From positions 86,327,456-86,391,455 of the forward strand of contig NC_068985.1 of assembly GCF_001194135.2 (NCBI RefSeq): a stretch of 64,000 nucleotides of DNA, in the 5' to 3' direction. Positions 24,736 through 36,450 of the stretch are shown one piece after another. The position numbers and the translations under genes were made by a program. The notes beneath the pieces were generated by a model, which was not told the origin of the DNA, did not search any database, and was given only the letters and a program-made list of their open reading frames with translations. Positions within the stretch are counted from its first letter, which is position 1; each line of letters opens with the position of its first letter. The DNA comes from Octopus bimaculoides. Its lineage: Eukaryota.

Positions 24736-25902
24736 NNNNNNNNNNNNNNNNNNNNNNNNNNNNNNNNNNNNNNNNNNNNNNNNNNNNNNNNNNNNNNNNN
24801 NNNNNNNNNNNNNNNNNNNNNNNNNNNNNNNNNNNNNNNNNNNNNNNNNNNNNNNNNNNNNNNNNNNNNNNNNNNNNNNNNNNNNNNNNNNNNNNNNNNN
24901 NNNNNNNNNNNNTATATATATATATATCTTATCATCATCTTCATCACAATTTAAAATCTGTTTTCCATGCTGGCATGGGTTGGACATTTTGACAGGAGCA
25001 GGCAAAGCCAGGAGCCACACACCAAATTCCATTATGCTTTGGAATGGTTTCTAGAGCTGGATGCCCTTTCAAATATCTGGGTTATTCAACTAACATTACT
25101 TAATATTCTAAAATATTATACAACAAAACTGTTTTGACATTTTATTTATATTTTAATAACAATATGTATAAAAATATAATATAAAACAACACAATAACTA
25201 TCATTAAACAACAAAATAATGAATAAAAAAATACTGTTACATTAAATAATCATGAAATTTCACAAGTTATTACTTATATACATCAACAATAATAAATAAC
25301 TTATTTAAACTGGGTATTTAGGGGCTAAGGTTAGGGACCAGCACCAATACACCGCCCCCACACACACATAAAAGTTTAGATAACGACCTGTCTAAAGAAA
25401 GTCAAATATTAAACTAATTGTCATTTTGTTCTGGTCTTTTCTGTTTCAGAATATACCAACAAAGGCATTCTCACAATAGTCACCTGACATGTCAAGGTGA
25501 CTTTATGTTGCATAACACAAAGGTGACTTCATGATTTGATGTCTTAATCTTCTGCCATTGTAAAAATACAATGGTCAAAATTGAAATGATAATTATCCTA
25601 AGATTATAGTCAAATGTTGACGTTACATCAGAATTAACCATTTAAAAGTTCTATTATTTCCATATATGGACACAGGTACCTACTATTAAACATTTGTCAA
25701 GCCAACACGGAGGCAGATACATACTTGTGTGATCTATTAAAAGTAGCAGTTAAATCTCTCATAAATTAGATATTAACATCTTCAAAAATAAATAAATGAA
25801 ATAAATAAAAATAGGAAAGATGTATTGGATAAAGTAGTTCTGGATACATTATGTGTGAAAAGACTAAAAAAGAAATCTTGATAGTAAAGGCTGTAAAAGC
25901 CT

Positions 25903-26137
25903 TTAACCATTTAACATTTAAACTGGTCATATATGGTCAAAATATTCTACTTCTTTCCTGTCCAAACTGGCCAAATCAGTTCTTTCATGCTTACCCTACA
26001 AATGCCATACTAAAAGTAAACAATCACCATTTATGAAAATCTCTAAGCTGCATGAGATACTCTGCGAGATTAATTGAAAACAATGTGAATATATAAGTAT
26101 TACAATTGACAGAGTAATCTGAATGCTAAATGGTTAA
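25903..26137. mobile_element. TTAA-ended MITE (piggyBac-like termini)
   Basis: Left end TTAACCATTTAACATTTA versus reverse-complemented right end TTAACCATTTAGCATTCA. Confidence 0.65.
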
Positions 26138-26205
26138 ACCAAGTTGGATGGATTAAGGCTGACCTGGGGCTAAACAATCACCTCAGATGACATTAAATGC
26201 TTTTT

Positions 26206-26239
<34 letters not shown>

Positions 26240-26867
26240 TTTCTTTTTTTTCGTTCTTTCTTTCTTTCTTTCTTTCTCTCCCACTCTTTTCCTCACCTCC
26301 CTCAGACAAAATGTCATTTTCTTGAAAGACAGATTCCTTTTTCTCCCTATGACATATGAGACATGTAGAGAATTATATATTTCGTTTATCCTAAACAAAA
26401 CTGCAAAGTAACAGTGTGAACAGCAGTTTTATTTATATTCTCTACTGATCGATAAATCTATGTACAAGCTATAGTAACCATTATAAATACAGTGACAAGC
26501 TATAACAACCATTATATATTCTATGGAAAGCAATAAGAGCCATTATATATATGGTGACCAAGCTATAGCAACTGGTGTAAATAGTACATAGGATATGAGG
26601 CTTCAGTTTTGACACGAGGAAATTAATACACAAACAAGAAATTTCATGCAAAATGTTATAGATAAACCCAAAGTTATAAATATCTCTGAGATGTGGGATA
26701 ACGAAGATGAACAGAGTTCTATAAATATATTTGCTAAGTTACAGATTCTGTGAATGTATATGTGAGTATATACATTTTTTAAGCAAACTCAAAATTACTC
26801 AATTATGCAAGCATACCTTTTCCAGTAACAATATAAAATTCCTATATCCTCACCACATAACTAAACA

Positions 26868-26933
<66 letters not shown>

Positions 26934-26939
26934 ATATGT

Positions 26940-27230
26940 TTGGTGTATCAAGAAGTAGTCTTGAAAGTAATTACAGCCTTTGAGAAAGAGGGAAAAACCT
27001 CCTTGTTGAAACAAAACTCCAGAAGAAAACCAAAACTTTCAGTTAGGGACAGTCGGACTCTTACGCGAATTGTTAGAAAGGATCACAAAAGTATAGCTCC
27101 CAAAACTACTGCAGAGCTTAATGACCACCTCAAGAACCACAAAAATTTTTTGCCAGGACAGGAGCTGCACAAAGCTAAATTTCATGGACTGCAATCAGAA
27201 AACCACTGCTTTCAAAATCCGCTGAAGACT
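26940..27230 (+). mobile_element. Tc1-like transposase DNA-binding-domain fragment
   Basis: KVITAFEKEGKTSLLKQNSRRKPKLSVRDSRTLTRIVRKDHKSIAPKTTAELNDHL..ELHKAKFHG resembles the Tc1 GRxxKL...RxLxR...ELN...LH.AG.HG pattern. Confidence 0.8.
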
Positions 27231-27682
27231 AGAAATAAATAATACTGCTCAGTGATACTTATCTACACATGTTGACATCATGTGATGTCAAGACAAAGGT
27301 ACACACAACCACACACACACACGCATACACACAGGTGTGCTGATACACATACACACAACAGCTTTCTTTCACTTTTGGTGAACCAAATCCACTCACAACA
27401 CCTCAGTCAACCTGGAGTTATAGTAGAAGACACTTGCCAAAAGAGAGAGAGAGAGAGAGAAGAGAGAAAAGAGAGAAGATAGAGAGAGAGAATAGAGAGA
27501 GAGAGAGAGAGAGAGGAGGGAGAAAAGGGAGAGAGAGAGGTTTGTACAAAATGAGTTTGTTTTATCTTTTAATCATTTGGTTGTTTCAGTCATTAAACTG
27601 CAGCCATGCTGGAGCATCACCTTGAAGAATTTCTAGTCAAATGTATCACCTCTTGTAATTATTATTATTACTCATTACCCCT

Positions 27683-27890
27683 AGGGTGGTGAGCTGGCAG
27701 AATTGTTAGCAAGCTGGATGAAATGCTTAGCAGTATTTTTCCAGTCACTACGTTCTGAGTTCAGATTCAGCTGAGGTCGACTTTGCCTTTCATCCTTTCA
27801 CGGTCAATAAAATAAGTACCAGTGAAACACTGGGGTCAATATAATCGACAAGTCCTCACCCCACATATCTGAAGCCTTGTGCCTCCATTA
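27683..27890 (+). mobile_element. Abundant SINE family with GGTGAGCTGGCAGAA head
   Basis: A- and B-box-like motifs (GTTCAGATTC). Homologous copies at about 9213-9351, 14370-14460, 16540-16710, 27960-28080, 29510-29640, 34640-34845, 38110-38326 and 52255-52418. Confidence 0.8.
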
Positions 27891-28669
27891 ACTATTATTA
27901 CCCCCCACCCCCGAATTTCTGGCCTTGTGCCTAAATTTGAAACCAATAACGATTTCTTGGATAGGAGGAAGGACATGAATTTTACAGAGGAGGGTCAAGT
28001 AATTATATTGCACCCCCCACACAATTATTTGGTATTTATTTTATTGACCTCATAACGATGAAAATCAAAGAAAAACTCAAATGTAAAGGGCCATAAGTAA
28101 ACATGGCAAGGATTTTGCCCAACACACAAACAATTTCTGCAAATCTCCTGCTTTTACCATTTTCAAACAATCACAGCAATTCAAGAATTGCTGCTCGTCT
28201 GTTGATTTAATTAGGTGGTTCTCAATTCAGAGGTTTTATGCTCATAGAATTGTTATGAAAAAGCACAATTCAGTGCTTTATTGCAGATGATGATAACAAC
28301 AACAACAACAACAACAACAATAATAATGATGATGATGATAATGATAATAATTAATACAGATTTTTGTATGAGAAAGCAAAAGATAACTGGATGCCACTTG
28401 CATTTATTGTTCAGTGAAGCCTAACAATGGAAGGCTTCAGTGACAATAAAACATGCAGCTTGTTAGTTCTACATGTTCTGCGAAACACAAGAGATGTGGA
28501 GTGAGGTGAAGGGTGTGTCTGAGAGTCTGGATCAAATGGTGGACAGGTGAAGAGGGATGTCTGGAAGAGGGATGGTGGAGAGATATGAGAGGTGTAGATG
28601 GAAGAGATATACTTAGGCAAAAAGGTGCAAAACAGTGTGTGTGTGTGGGGGGAGGTAATTGCTGTTTGT

Positions 28670-28870
28670 GTTTAGCCCTGAGGTCAGTCAGGATCCAGTA
28701 AAACTATGATCAAAAATGTTCCAACAACAAGCACATCACCTGTTTTCATACACAGTGCACCTAGGACTACATTATCCAATGTATTGCTCCTGTTTTGAAA
28801 GACAATAGAGTGCAATGTGAGGGAGATTTGGCGGCTATTTCTTAAAGGTGGTGTGACCATGTAGAAGCTC
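28670..28870 (+). repeat. Very abundant dispersed repeat (GAGGGAGATTTGGC..ATTTCTAG core), class uncertain
   Basis: Diverged copies at about 3190-3400, 17030-17190, 39830-39990, 40320-40480, 46550-46640, 53080-53260, 53470-53620 and 54570-54790. Confidence 0.65.
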
Positions 28871-31800
28871 TTTTATTGGTTTATGCTGATATTTGAAGGT
28901 GCCTGTGAAAGAAGATTATCCAGGATGATATGGGAGATAATGTAGTGGCATTCATGCTTATTTTGTCATGACAGTAAAAAATGGTTTTGGAGGAAGCTGA
29001 GGAGCAGATGTGAGATTTTATAAGCTTGTCCTGTCCAGGCCAGTTTAAAAGACAACATTGTTAAATAGACTTTAAAAAAAGTGATGATGATGGTGATGAT
29101 GATGATGGTGATGATGATGATGACGACTACAGTGACAATGAGATGATGATGGTGATGATGGTAGTGGTGGTGATGATGACATTCAGATTGTAAATAAAAC
29201 CCAGTTAAACAAAGACTATTCCAATTGTGGCCACCTCTCCCATGTTTTTTTTTAAAAACCTGCTGTAGTTAACATAAAGCAAGATTCTTTATATTTTCTT
29301 GTATTGCCTATGAGGATTTCGGAGCCCAAGAGATTTCTTCTAAGGGGATGGGTTTTCTGGAAATATTTCTGGAGATCTTTTCTTCTCATTGAAACCCTTA
29401 GAAGTGAAGCCTTCAGTTGTTAAGGCCATGCTGTAGCAATATGTATTTTTGATTTCTGAATTGAGTTGATATTTAGATAAAGCACTTCTTGCTAGCGACA
29501 TAATTTGGTAGCAGTGAGCTGGCAGAATCATTAAAGTATTGGAAAAAATACCTTGTAGTATTTGTTTTGATTCTTTATTTTATGAGTTCAAATCTTGCAG
29601 ATGTGAACTCTGCGTTTTATTCATTGAGGATCATTAAAATAAAACAAAATGAAATAAAATAAAATAATAACAAGAGCACTCAGAGAGTGCAAACCTCTGC
29701 CATGGCAACACCAACATCTTCTCAACGATTAACCAGAGATGATTTTTAAAATGAGAATATCTGAAACAAATTCAACTGCTCTCACAAATGATAATACTAA
29801 AAATGAACCCCACCACTCTCAAAAATTAAGTAAAAAAACTGGAAAAATAATCCAGAATCCTTGTTTGGTACCAGATCAATCCCAAAATCTAATCAGTTTG
29901 TGCCAGTCACAAGGCTAAACATCTCTGAAAGTTTCATCCGAATCCATCCAGTGATTCTTAAGATATCTTGTCCATGGACAGACAAACATGACAATAAAAT
30001 ACCAATAAAATACCAATAAATACCAGTCAGGCATGGGGTGTCAACTACATCAACTCAACCCTCTCAAATTAAAATTATTGGTGTTTAAATGGGTTTTTTT
30101 TTGGTGGGGGGGATACTTTCTCAGACAAGGAAAAATAGTATCCATGACATTTTTGGAAGGTTTCCAAGATTGTTGGAGAAAAAAGATGAAAGAAACTCGA
30201 TTTGTAAGTTGGCAAAGGAGAAAGAAGCACATCAAATCAAAGATTTATCTATTTTAGGGACAGAAACAGCTCTAGATGCTTCTGACTGAGCCAACTTCAG
30301 TAAAAACACTTTTTAAAGTACATTTGTTGAAGTTGGCTGGTGTTAAACAGGGAAATGGCCTGGAAGCATTTGTTATTAGAGCTGTCTCCAACAACAATAA
30401 CAACAACAATAACAAACCCTCTTCTTGATCAATCAGGCATTTACTCTCATTTGTTATTAGATTTTTTCCTCTTTTGGACCCACTCACAACAACAAGTAAA
30501 AGAAGAAAAAAACCTGTTCAGATCAATCATATATTTACTCATTTACACATTTAGTTGTCTTCGTAGCAATCAAAAGCTTTGAATATTTAATTTTTACATT
30601 CAATAACTGCATGTTTCACTGCAGATTGTTCAGTTCGATTGATTTTTTTTTTCAAGCGAAATATCTATTCATGTTTTTACTAAATTAGAATTGGTTCACT
30701 CAGAAAAAGTCTTTTAACACCACAAAAAAAAAAAAAGATTCCTAATTCAATAGAATTTTTGACATGTTCACTCATGCTGCCAAAGTTGATGAAATTATTT
30801 GTTGGTTAACCCTTTGTTTTCTCTGTTCAAAGGGTTGGTTAAAAGAACAATAAGAGAATATGGTTATGAAACCCCTTCAGTTCTTCTCACTAAGGACTAT
30901 TCAACCTCTCTAGTCTTGGTGCTATGAGAAAATATACTCAGCCCATGCTGTAAAGTGGCTGGCATTAGGAAGGACATCCAATGGCAGAAACTAAGCCAAC
31001 TGACACAATCAACTTTCTTGTCTTTGTGACCAGAAGCTCTCAATGGGAAGTGACTCAGACCATGACAACCTCTCCAACCCATGCCAGCATGGAAAAACGG
31101 ACATAAAATTGGTGATGATGATTTATAATATTTTTCACTCCTGTCAGCTCCTTATCAAACTGTCCAACTGATGCCAGCATGGAAAATGGACATTAAGGAG
31201 GATAATGATGAATGAATGAATGACGGTGATTTATGACATCTGTTCGTCAGCATTAAAGCAAAGAGGGATCCTCTACACAGTCATTAAGCCTGGAAGAAAT
31301 AGCAGACTATTCTCCCTCAGACCCATATCCTTCTGTCTTAAAAAGAAAAATGTCACATTGGTTAATACAGTCCTGTATAAATTCTGTTTGAATACAGTTC
31401 AGGGTGGCCACATGTGGGACGTCTTTGATCAGGAATGTAGTGGATCACTTCTGATCTTATGTTAAACCAATAATCAATCAACCAAACTTAAACAAAACCA
31501 ATAAATGAGGTTCTTTATTGTCAGGTAAGAAACTCACGTAAACTAATGTGAGAAACTGTATGGTTATTCCGTCTGCTAGAAATAGTAGCCAACCATCCTT
31601 CAATTCACTGTCTACCATTTCAAAGAGGGATAAAGTAATAGTAGTAGTAATAGTAGCAGCAGCAACAGCAGCAGCAACAGCAGCAGCCTGTGGGTGGCAT
31701 GTGCTGCAACAGCATGTTGCTGCATCCACCATTTGTTGGTGATTCCCCTGACTACACCTGGTGGATGACACCTTTGCATCACTCAGGTGACAATCTTCCA

Positions 31801-33074
31801 ACTCGTGGGTCTCTTTGAATCGTTGTTGCTTGTGAGGGTTTTGTGAGGTCAGAGTGCAAATCATAACTGAAACTCTTTCAGTTTCCCTTTATGACACATC
31901 AAAGAAACATTTGGTCTATTCTTTTGGTATGCCAATCTCCATACAGCTCTAGAACAAAGTGCTTTGCTCAAGAACAAAACACACTACTGGTCTGAAAGCC
32001 ATGACCTGACATCCATGACAGCAACATGCTGACCACTAGGCCATGCACCTTGATAAAGTAGTTGTGGATATTTGAAATGAGACCAAAAAAAAAAAAAAAA
32101 ATAGGATGGTCATAGTTGGAATGCCTTTGATCATAAATTTACTTTGTAAAGGCTGACTTGGGGTTAAAAACAATTTGAACAACTTGTTCAAAGCAGTGGC
32201 CAAGTTTCTCTGAATAACTTTTCTATGATTTGTAGACGTAAGATTTTGTGTTTAGTGTTTCAGCAGTCATTAGAATGAAGCTGTATTACCTACATTTATT
32301 ATTATGATGTCAACGAAATGATGGTTAATCCACATTGACACACTGGATATCTTATATCTAAATCTCCATAAGGCTTGATCTCTATATTGTTCTGTAATGT
32401 TTGATTGATTACTACTATGCCATACGATCGTTCAAGCAGAGCTGATTGGAGCTGCTAGGAAATGGGAAAACAAAAACAAAACAAAACAGAAAAGAAACAC
32501 ACACATACACACACAGAACAGAGACACAGACACACAGACACAGACACACAGACACACAGATGCACACGAGCACATGCACACATAAATTTCTAAACTCATA
32601 CTTGACATCTAATATTAACAAGACCAAAAGCTTTGAGATTTGAGAGTATCATCTATGAAGAAAGATATTAAATTGATTCATACAAGAAAAAGAAAGAAAG
32701 AGAGGGAGAGAGTGAAAGAGAGAGAAAGAGGGGGAAGAGAGAGAGAGAGAGAAGGAGTGAGAGAGAGGGTGGTGGGGGTGTAAACCAACCACATTAAAGA
32801 GAAAAGGAACTTGCATAGAAGAAGAGATAAGCTCACTTATGAAATCAGTTCCTTCCACAAGTCACTATCTTTTCAAAAATGATTAAACAACCAAAAGTCA
32901 TGGGATTATAGAATTAGTTCTTTAATGGAGAAAATTGGTAAAATTGTTAGAGTGACAGATTTAGTAGATTGTTTATTTGTCTATCTTAACATTCTGAGCT
33001 TAAATCCTATTTTGGTTGACATTGCTTTTCATCCCACATCTAGCATGCTGCTACTGCTACTTCTATTCCTGCAG

Positions 33075-33130
33075 ACATCCTGGACTGCTACCTGAGAAGA
33101 GCCATTTGCCCAATCAGTATTCCATCACAG
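33075..33130 (+). CDS. Probable 56-nt coding exon of an unidentified gene
   Basis: TTTCTATTCCTGCAG acceptor and CAG|GTAAAC donor. Frame HPGLLPEKSHLPNQYSIT(G) splices in frame to 33399. Confidence 0.55.
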
Positions 33131-33398
33131 GTAAACACACACTCCAGTCATTGCCTGACAGGTGTGCTGTCTTCTACCTCTGTTTTTTTTTCTATCACTT
33201 CTATAATGGCCTCTCTTTCTTGGAGTTAGCTTATCTGTTACTGACACTATTCAAGTATCTCAACACATCCAACTCTCCACCTCTCATCACCATCACTACA
33301 TCCAAAATCCCCCAGGGCCAAACTAGTCACTGCTCTCAGTCCTTTCACCCCAGAGTATTAATCCCTCCTGAATCATCTTCCTGTTCATGCATTTTCAG

Positions 33399-33607
33399 GT
33401 GGCTTTGGCCAGCAAGAATTTAAAGAGAACATTAATGGCACCAAGTTCACCTGTCTCAGAGAACCTCAGAGGTATTATCCACATCCATTTTCTCCAGATG
33501 CAGCAAATAAAACGATCTTATATGATTCAAAAAAATTGGTACCAGTCAGAGACTGGGTCAGCTTTTTATTGTCTAAATTCTATCCTAAACATGCGGCCTT
33601 GTGCTAA
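33399..33607 (+). CDS. Probable terminal coding exon of the same unidentified gene
   Basis: ATTTTCAG acceptor; GFGQQEFKENINGTKFTCLREPQRYYPHPFSPDAANKTILYDSKKLVPVRDWVSFLLSKFYPKHAALC followed by TAA TAG. Contains two N-x-T sequons. Confidence 0.55.
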
Positions 33608-33990
33608 TAGCAGAAAACATTTGAAATAAGTAATGTATTTGAAATCTTTAACATAACACAATCAGGAAGTTTGTAGTTAATAAACCATTCTTGAAGATTA
33701 TTTGAAATTCAGTAGAATATTGTTATCTTTTATCTCAAGGAAATTGCTGTTTTCTGAAGCTAATATTTGTTATCTTTGTTCTTAGGATAAAATATAAAAT
33801 ATTCAACATAATGTAAAAGGAGACATCAATGGAAAGATGACTGTTCATACATCATACACATATGCTATAAGTGCGTACATATATATAGACACATATATAC
33901 ATACATGTGCATACATAAATGTGCATACATCATGTACATACATATGACACACATATGGGCAGTGTAATCACCCACATACATATACAGGTA

Positions 33991-34021
<31 letters not shown>

Positions 34022-35564
34022 CATACATATATATATATATATATATACATGTATATATATCCATACATATATACAAATGTGGATATGCGTGTGAGCACGT
34101 GTGTACATATATATGAATGCATGTGTGTATATATATGTGCATGAGTATGTGTGTGCCTATATGTATGTATCTGTTGATGTATATAATGTTAAATTAAGGT
34201 TGTTCTTTGAAAGCAAGTTTTAGAATAACAATGGAACACTTACTGATGAGGAGGGGAAGCAACTCAATGCTGAGAGTAGAATCAAATTTATTGGAAATTT
34301 CAAGTTGATTGGGTCTTCAAGTTTCACCTCTTGGCTTGTTAAACCAATGACGAAAGGTTTTGTCCTCTGGTATATTCAGTAAGGAAGACAAGAAGGAAAC
34401 CTCATTAAAAGATTGTGCATGAGTGTGTGACTGTATGTGTGGCAGGGAAGATGACTTTTAGATTTGTTATAAAACTACAGTCAAAGGAGTTTATGTTTTA
34501 TTTAAGTCTGTGAACTAAAGAAATAATTTGAACATAAAAAAAAAAAAAACAGGTGAAGTTTAATAAAGGTCAGCTGACAGGGTGGTATGATGAAGGTTCC
34601 AGAATGGGGAAGAGGAGGAAAAGAAGCAACAATGGCTTCAAATTTGGCACAAGGCCAGCATTTTTTTTTTGTGGTGGGTGGTTAAGTCGATTACATTGAC
34701 CCCAATGTTCGACTGGTCTTTTTTTTTATTAACCCTGATAGGACGAAAGGTAAAGTCGACCTCAGCAGCATATGAACTCAGAATGTAAAAACGGACAAAA
34801 TGTTACCAGCATTTTGTCCAGAATGCTAATGATTCTGTCAGCTCTCTACATTAAAGGGAAATATATAATAACAAAAAATAAAATTGTTAATTGAACATAA
34901 GTCATTATTTAGTGAAGAAAGTAATATCTTGGAATAGTTTGGGTAGCAAGTTAAATGGACCGGATTTAACAATCTTTGATTCTAATAAGAATTTATATGC
35001 CATTTGGAACTTTTGTGAAAAAATTTTATTCTCTATTTACACCGTAAAAATTTAGAAAATTTGAGAAACATGAAATAATTCATTTTTAACGATGGAACTC
35101 GAAGTAGATGAAGCTAAAAATAATTGCAGGTACAAAATGGATTAAGAATTCTTTGGAAAGAAAAAAAAAAATCAAAAGCTACTCATGGGATCAAAATTCA
35201 CATCTTCTGCAAACAGTTAAGCCAATCTGTACATGATCTTATTCATAGTTTTATCTTCTTCATGTTCCAACATTAAAAACAAATTATTTATCTTTCCAGA
35301 GAGGTACGTGTGTAGGGGTGGTTGGGTGTGAATGTCACTATCTAACAAAACAAAACAAAAAAAAGTTGCGTGCTCTTCTAAATCTTATTTCATTTTGCCT
35401 CAGTAAATCTAAATGGAATGGCAACCATAGATGTATCACATATACAAAAATGTATATCCGTGTAAATATATAATCATTCAAATTTATAGAAAAACAAAGA
35501 TGAAGATAGGTGTATAAACAACAAAGAAGTGTATTAGTTTGACGCTTGGGAAAAAATGGAGAAG

Positions 35565-35602
35565 TCTTTTATGTTTCAAACCTATGCTCTTCAACAGAAA
35601 GA
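35565..35602 (-). ncRNA. Decayed hammerhead-like motif (family 3)
   Basis: TCTTT-CTGTTGA-A-GAGC-ATAG-GTTT-GAAA-CA-TA-AAAGA: 5-bp stem I, stem II with two G-U pairs, core A6 replaced by U. Confidence 0.4.
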
Positions 35603-35959
35603 AATGAGAAAATAAACAGAGAGAGAATGAAAGAAACGTGTTGAGTTCAGTGATTCAACTACCCATGTACACCCAAATACAAATATACATACTGATATNN
35701 NNNNNNNNNNNNNNNNNNNNNNNNNNNNNNNNNNNNNNNNNNNNNNNNNNNNNNNNNNNNNNNNNNNNNNNNNNNNNNTATATATATGTGTGTGTGTGTG
35801 TGTGTTCTCACCACAAGACCCCTTTGAATGAACAGCACATGGAATCTATGTCTCCACACTTGTCATTTGTGATGACAAAATATTAATTAGTCTATGTTGG
35901 TGGGGTACATTCTTCACCAGGGAAGGTCTTTGTATTTAAGAGCAACCACGCATCCCACT

Positions 35960-36450
35960 GTCTGATGAGTAGAGTCACCTGATTGATACGTTATCAGGTG
36001 GCTGGCTGGCTTCCTGAAGTTGGTGTTGCAGATCAAAAGGTTATTTGCATCACAGAACTCCAGCAGCCTAGTTCTCTCTTCATTTCTGGTACCAACTCCA
36101 TGGCTCCCATGTACACCTTGGAAGGTACCAGGTTGCTGTCTGACATGCCCATTAAAATCTCCAGCCACAAAGATGAGATCATTATCACTCGTCTCTGAGG
36201 TAGCCCACAGAAGAATATCATAAAAGTGATCCTTCTGTTCCTTTGGTAGCCCTGCTTGTGGGTCGTAGGCAGAGATAATTGTAGCTACACCATTCTGCCA
36301 GACTAGCCTGAGTTTAAGCACTCTATAGCACACCCTCACTACCTCTATGACCTTACCCACCCATTTCTCTGCAAGAAACATGCCCACACCCTTTATTCCA
36401 TCACTATTACCTTCCAAGAACAGTTTATACCTATGTGCTTTGCCTGTGCT
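35960..36450 (-). mobile_element. RTE-clade LINE APE-endonuclease fragment
   Basis: GVGMFLAEKW..TIISAYDPQAG..KDHFY..VAGDFNGHV..RNEERTRLLEFCDANNLLICNTNFRKPASHLITYQSG are typical RTE endonuclease motifs. Confidence 0.92.

Noticed and set aside
31478-31864. 128-aa minus ORF and plus-strand polyQ-led frame
   Set aside because: Driven by a CAG/TAG compound microsatellite. The polyQ frame has TAG immediately upstream and no convincing splice sites.
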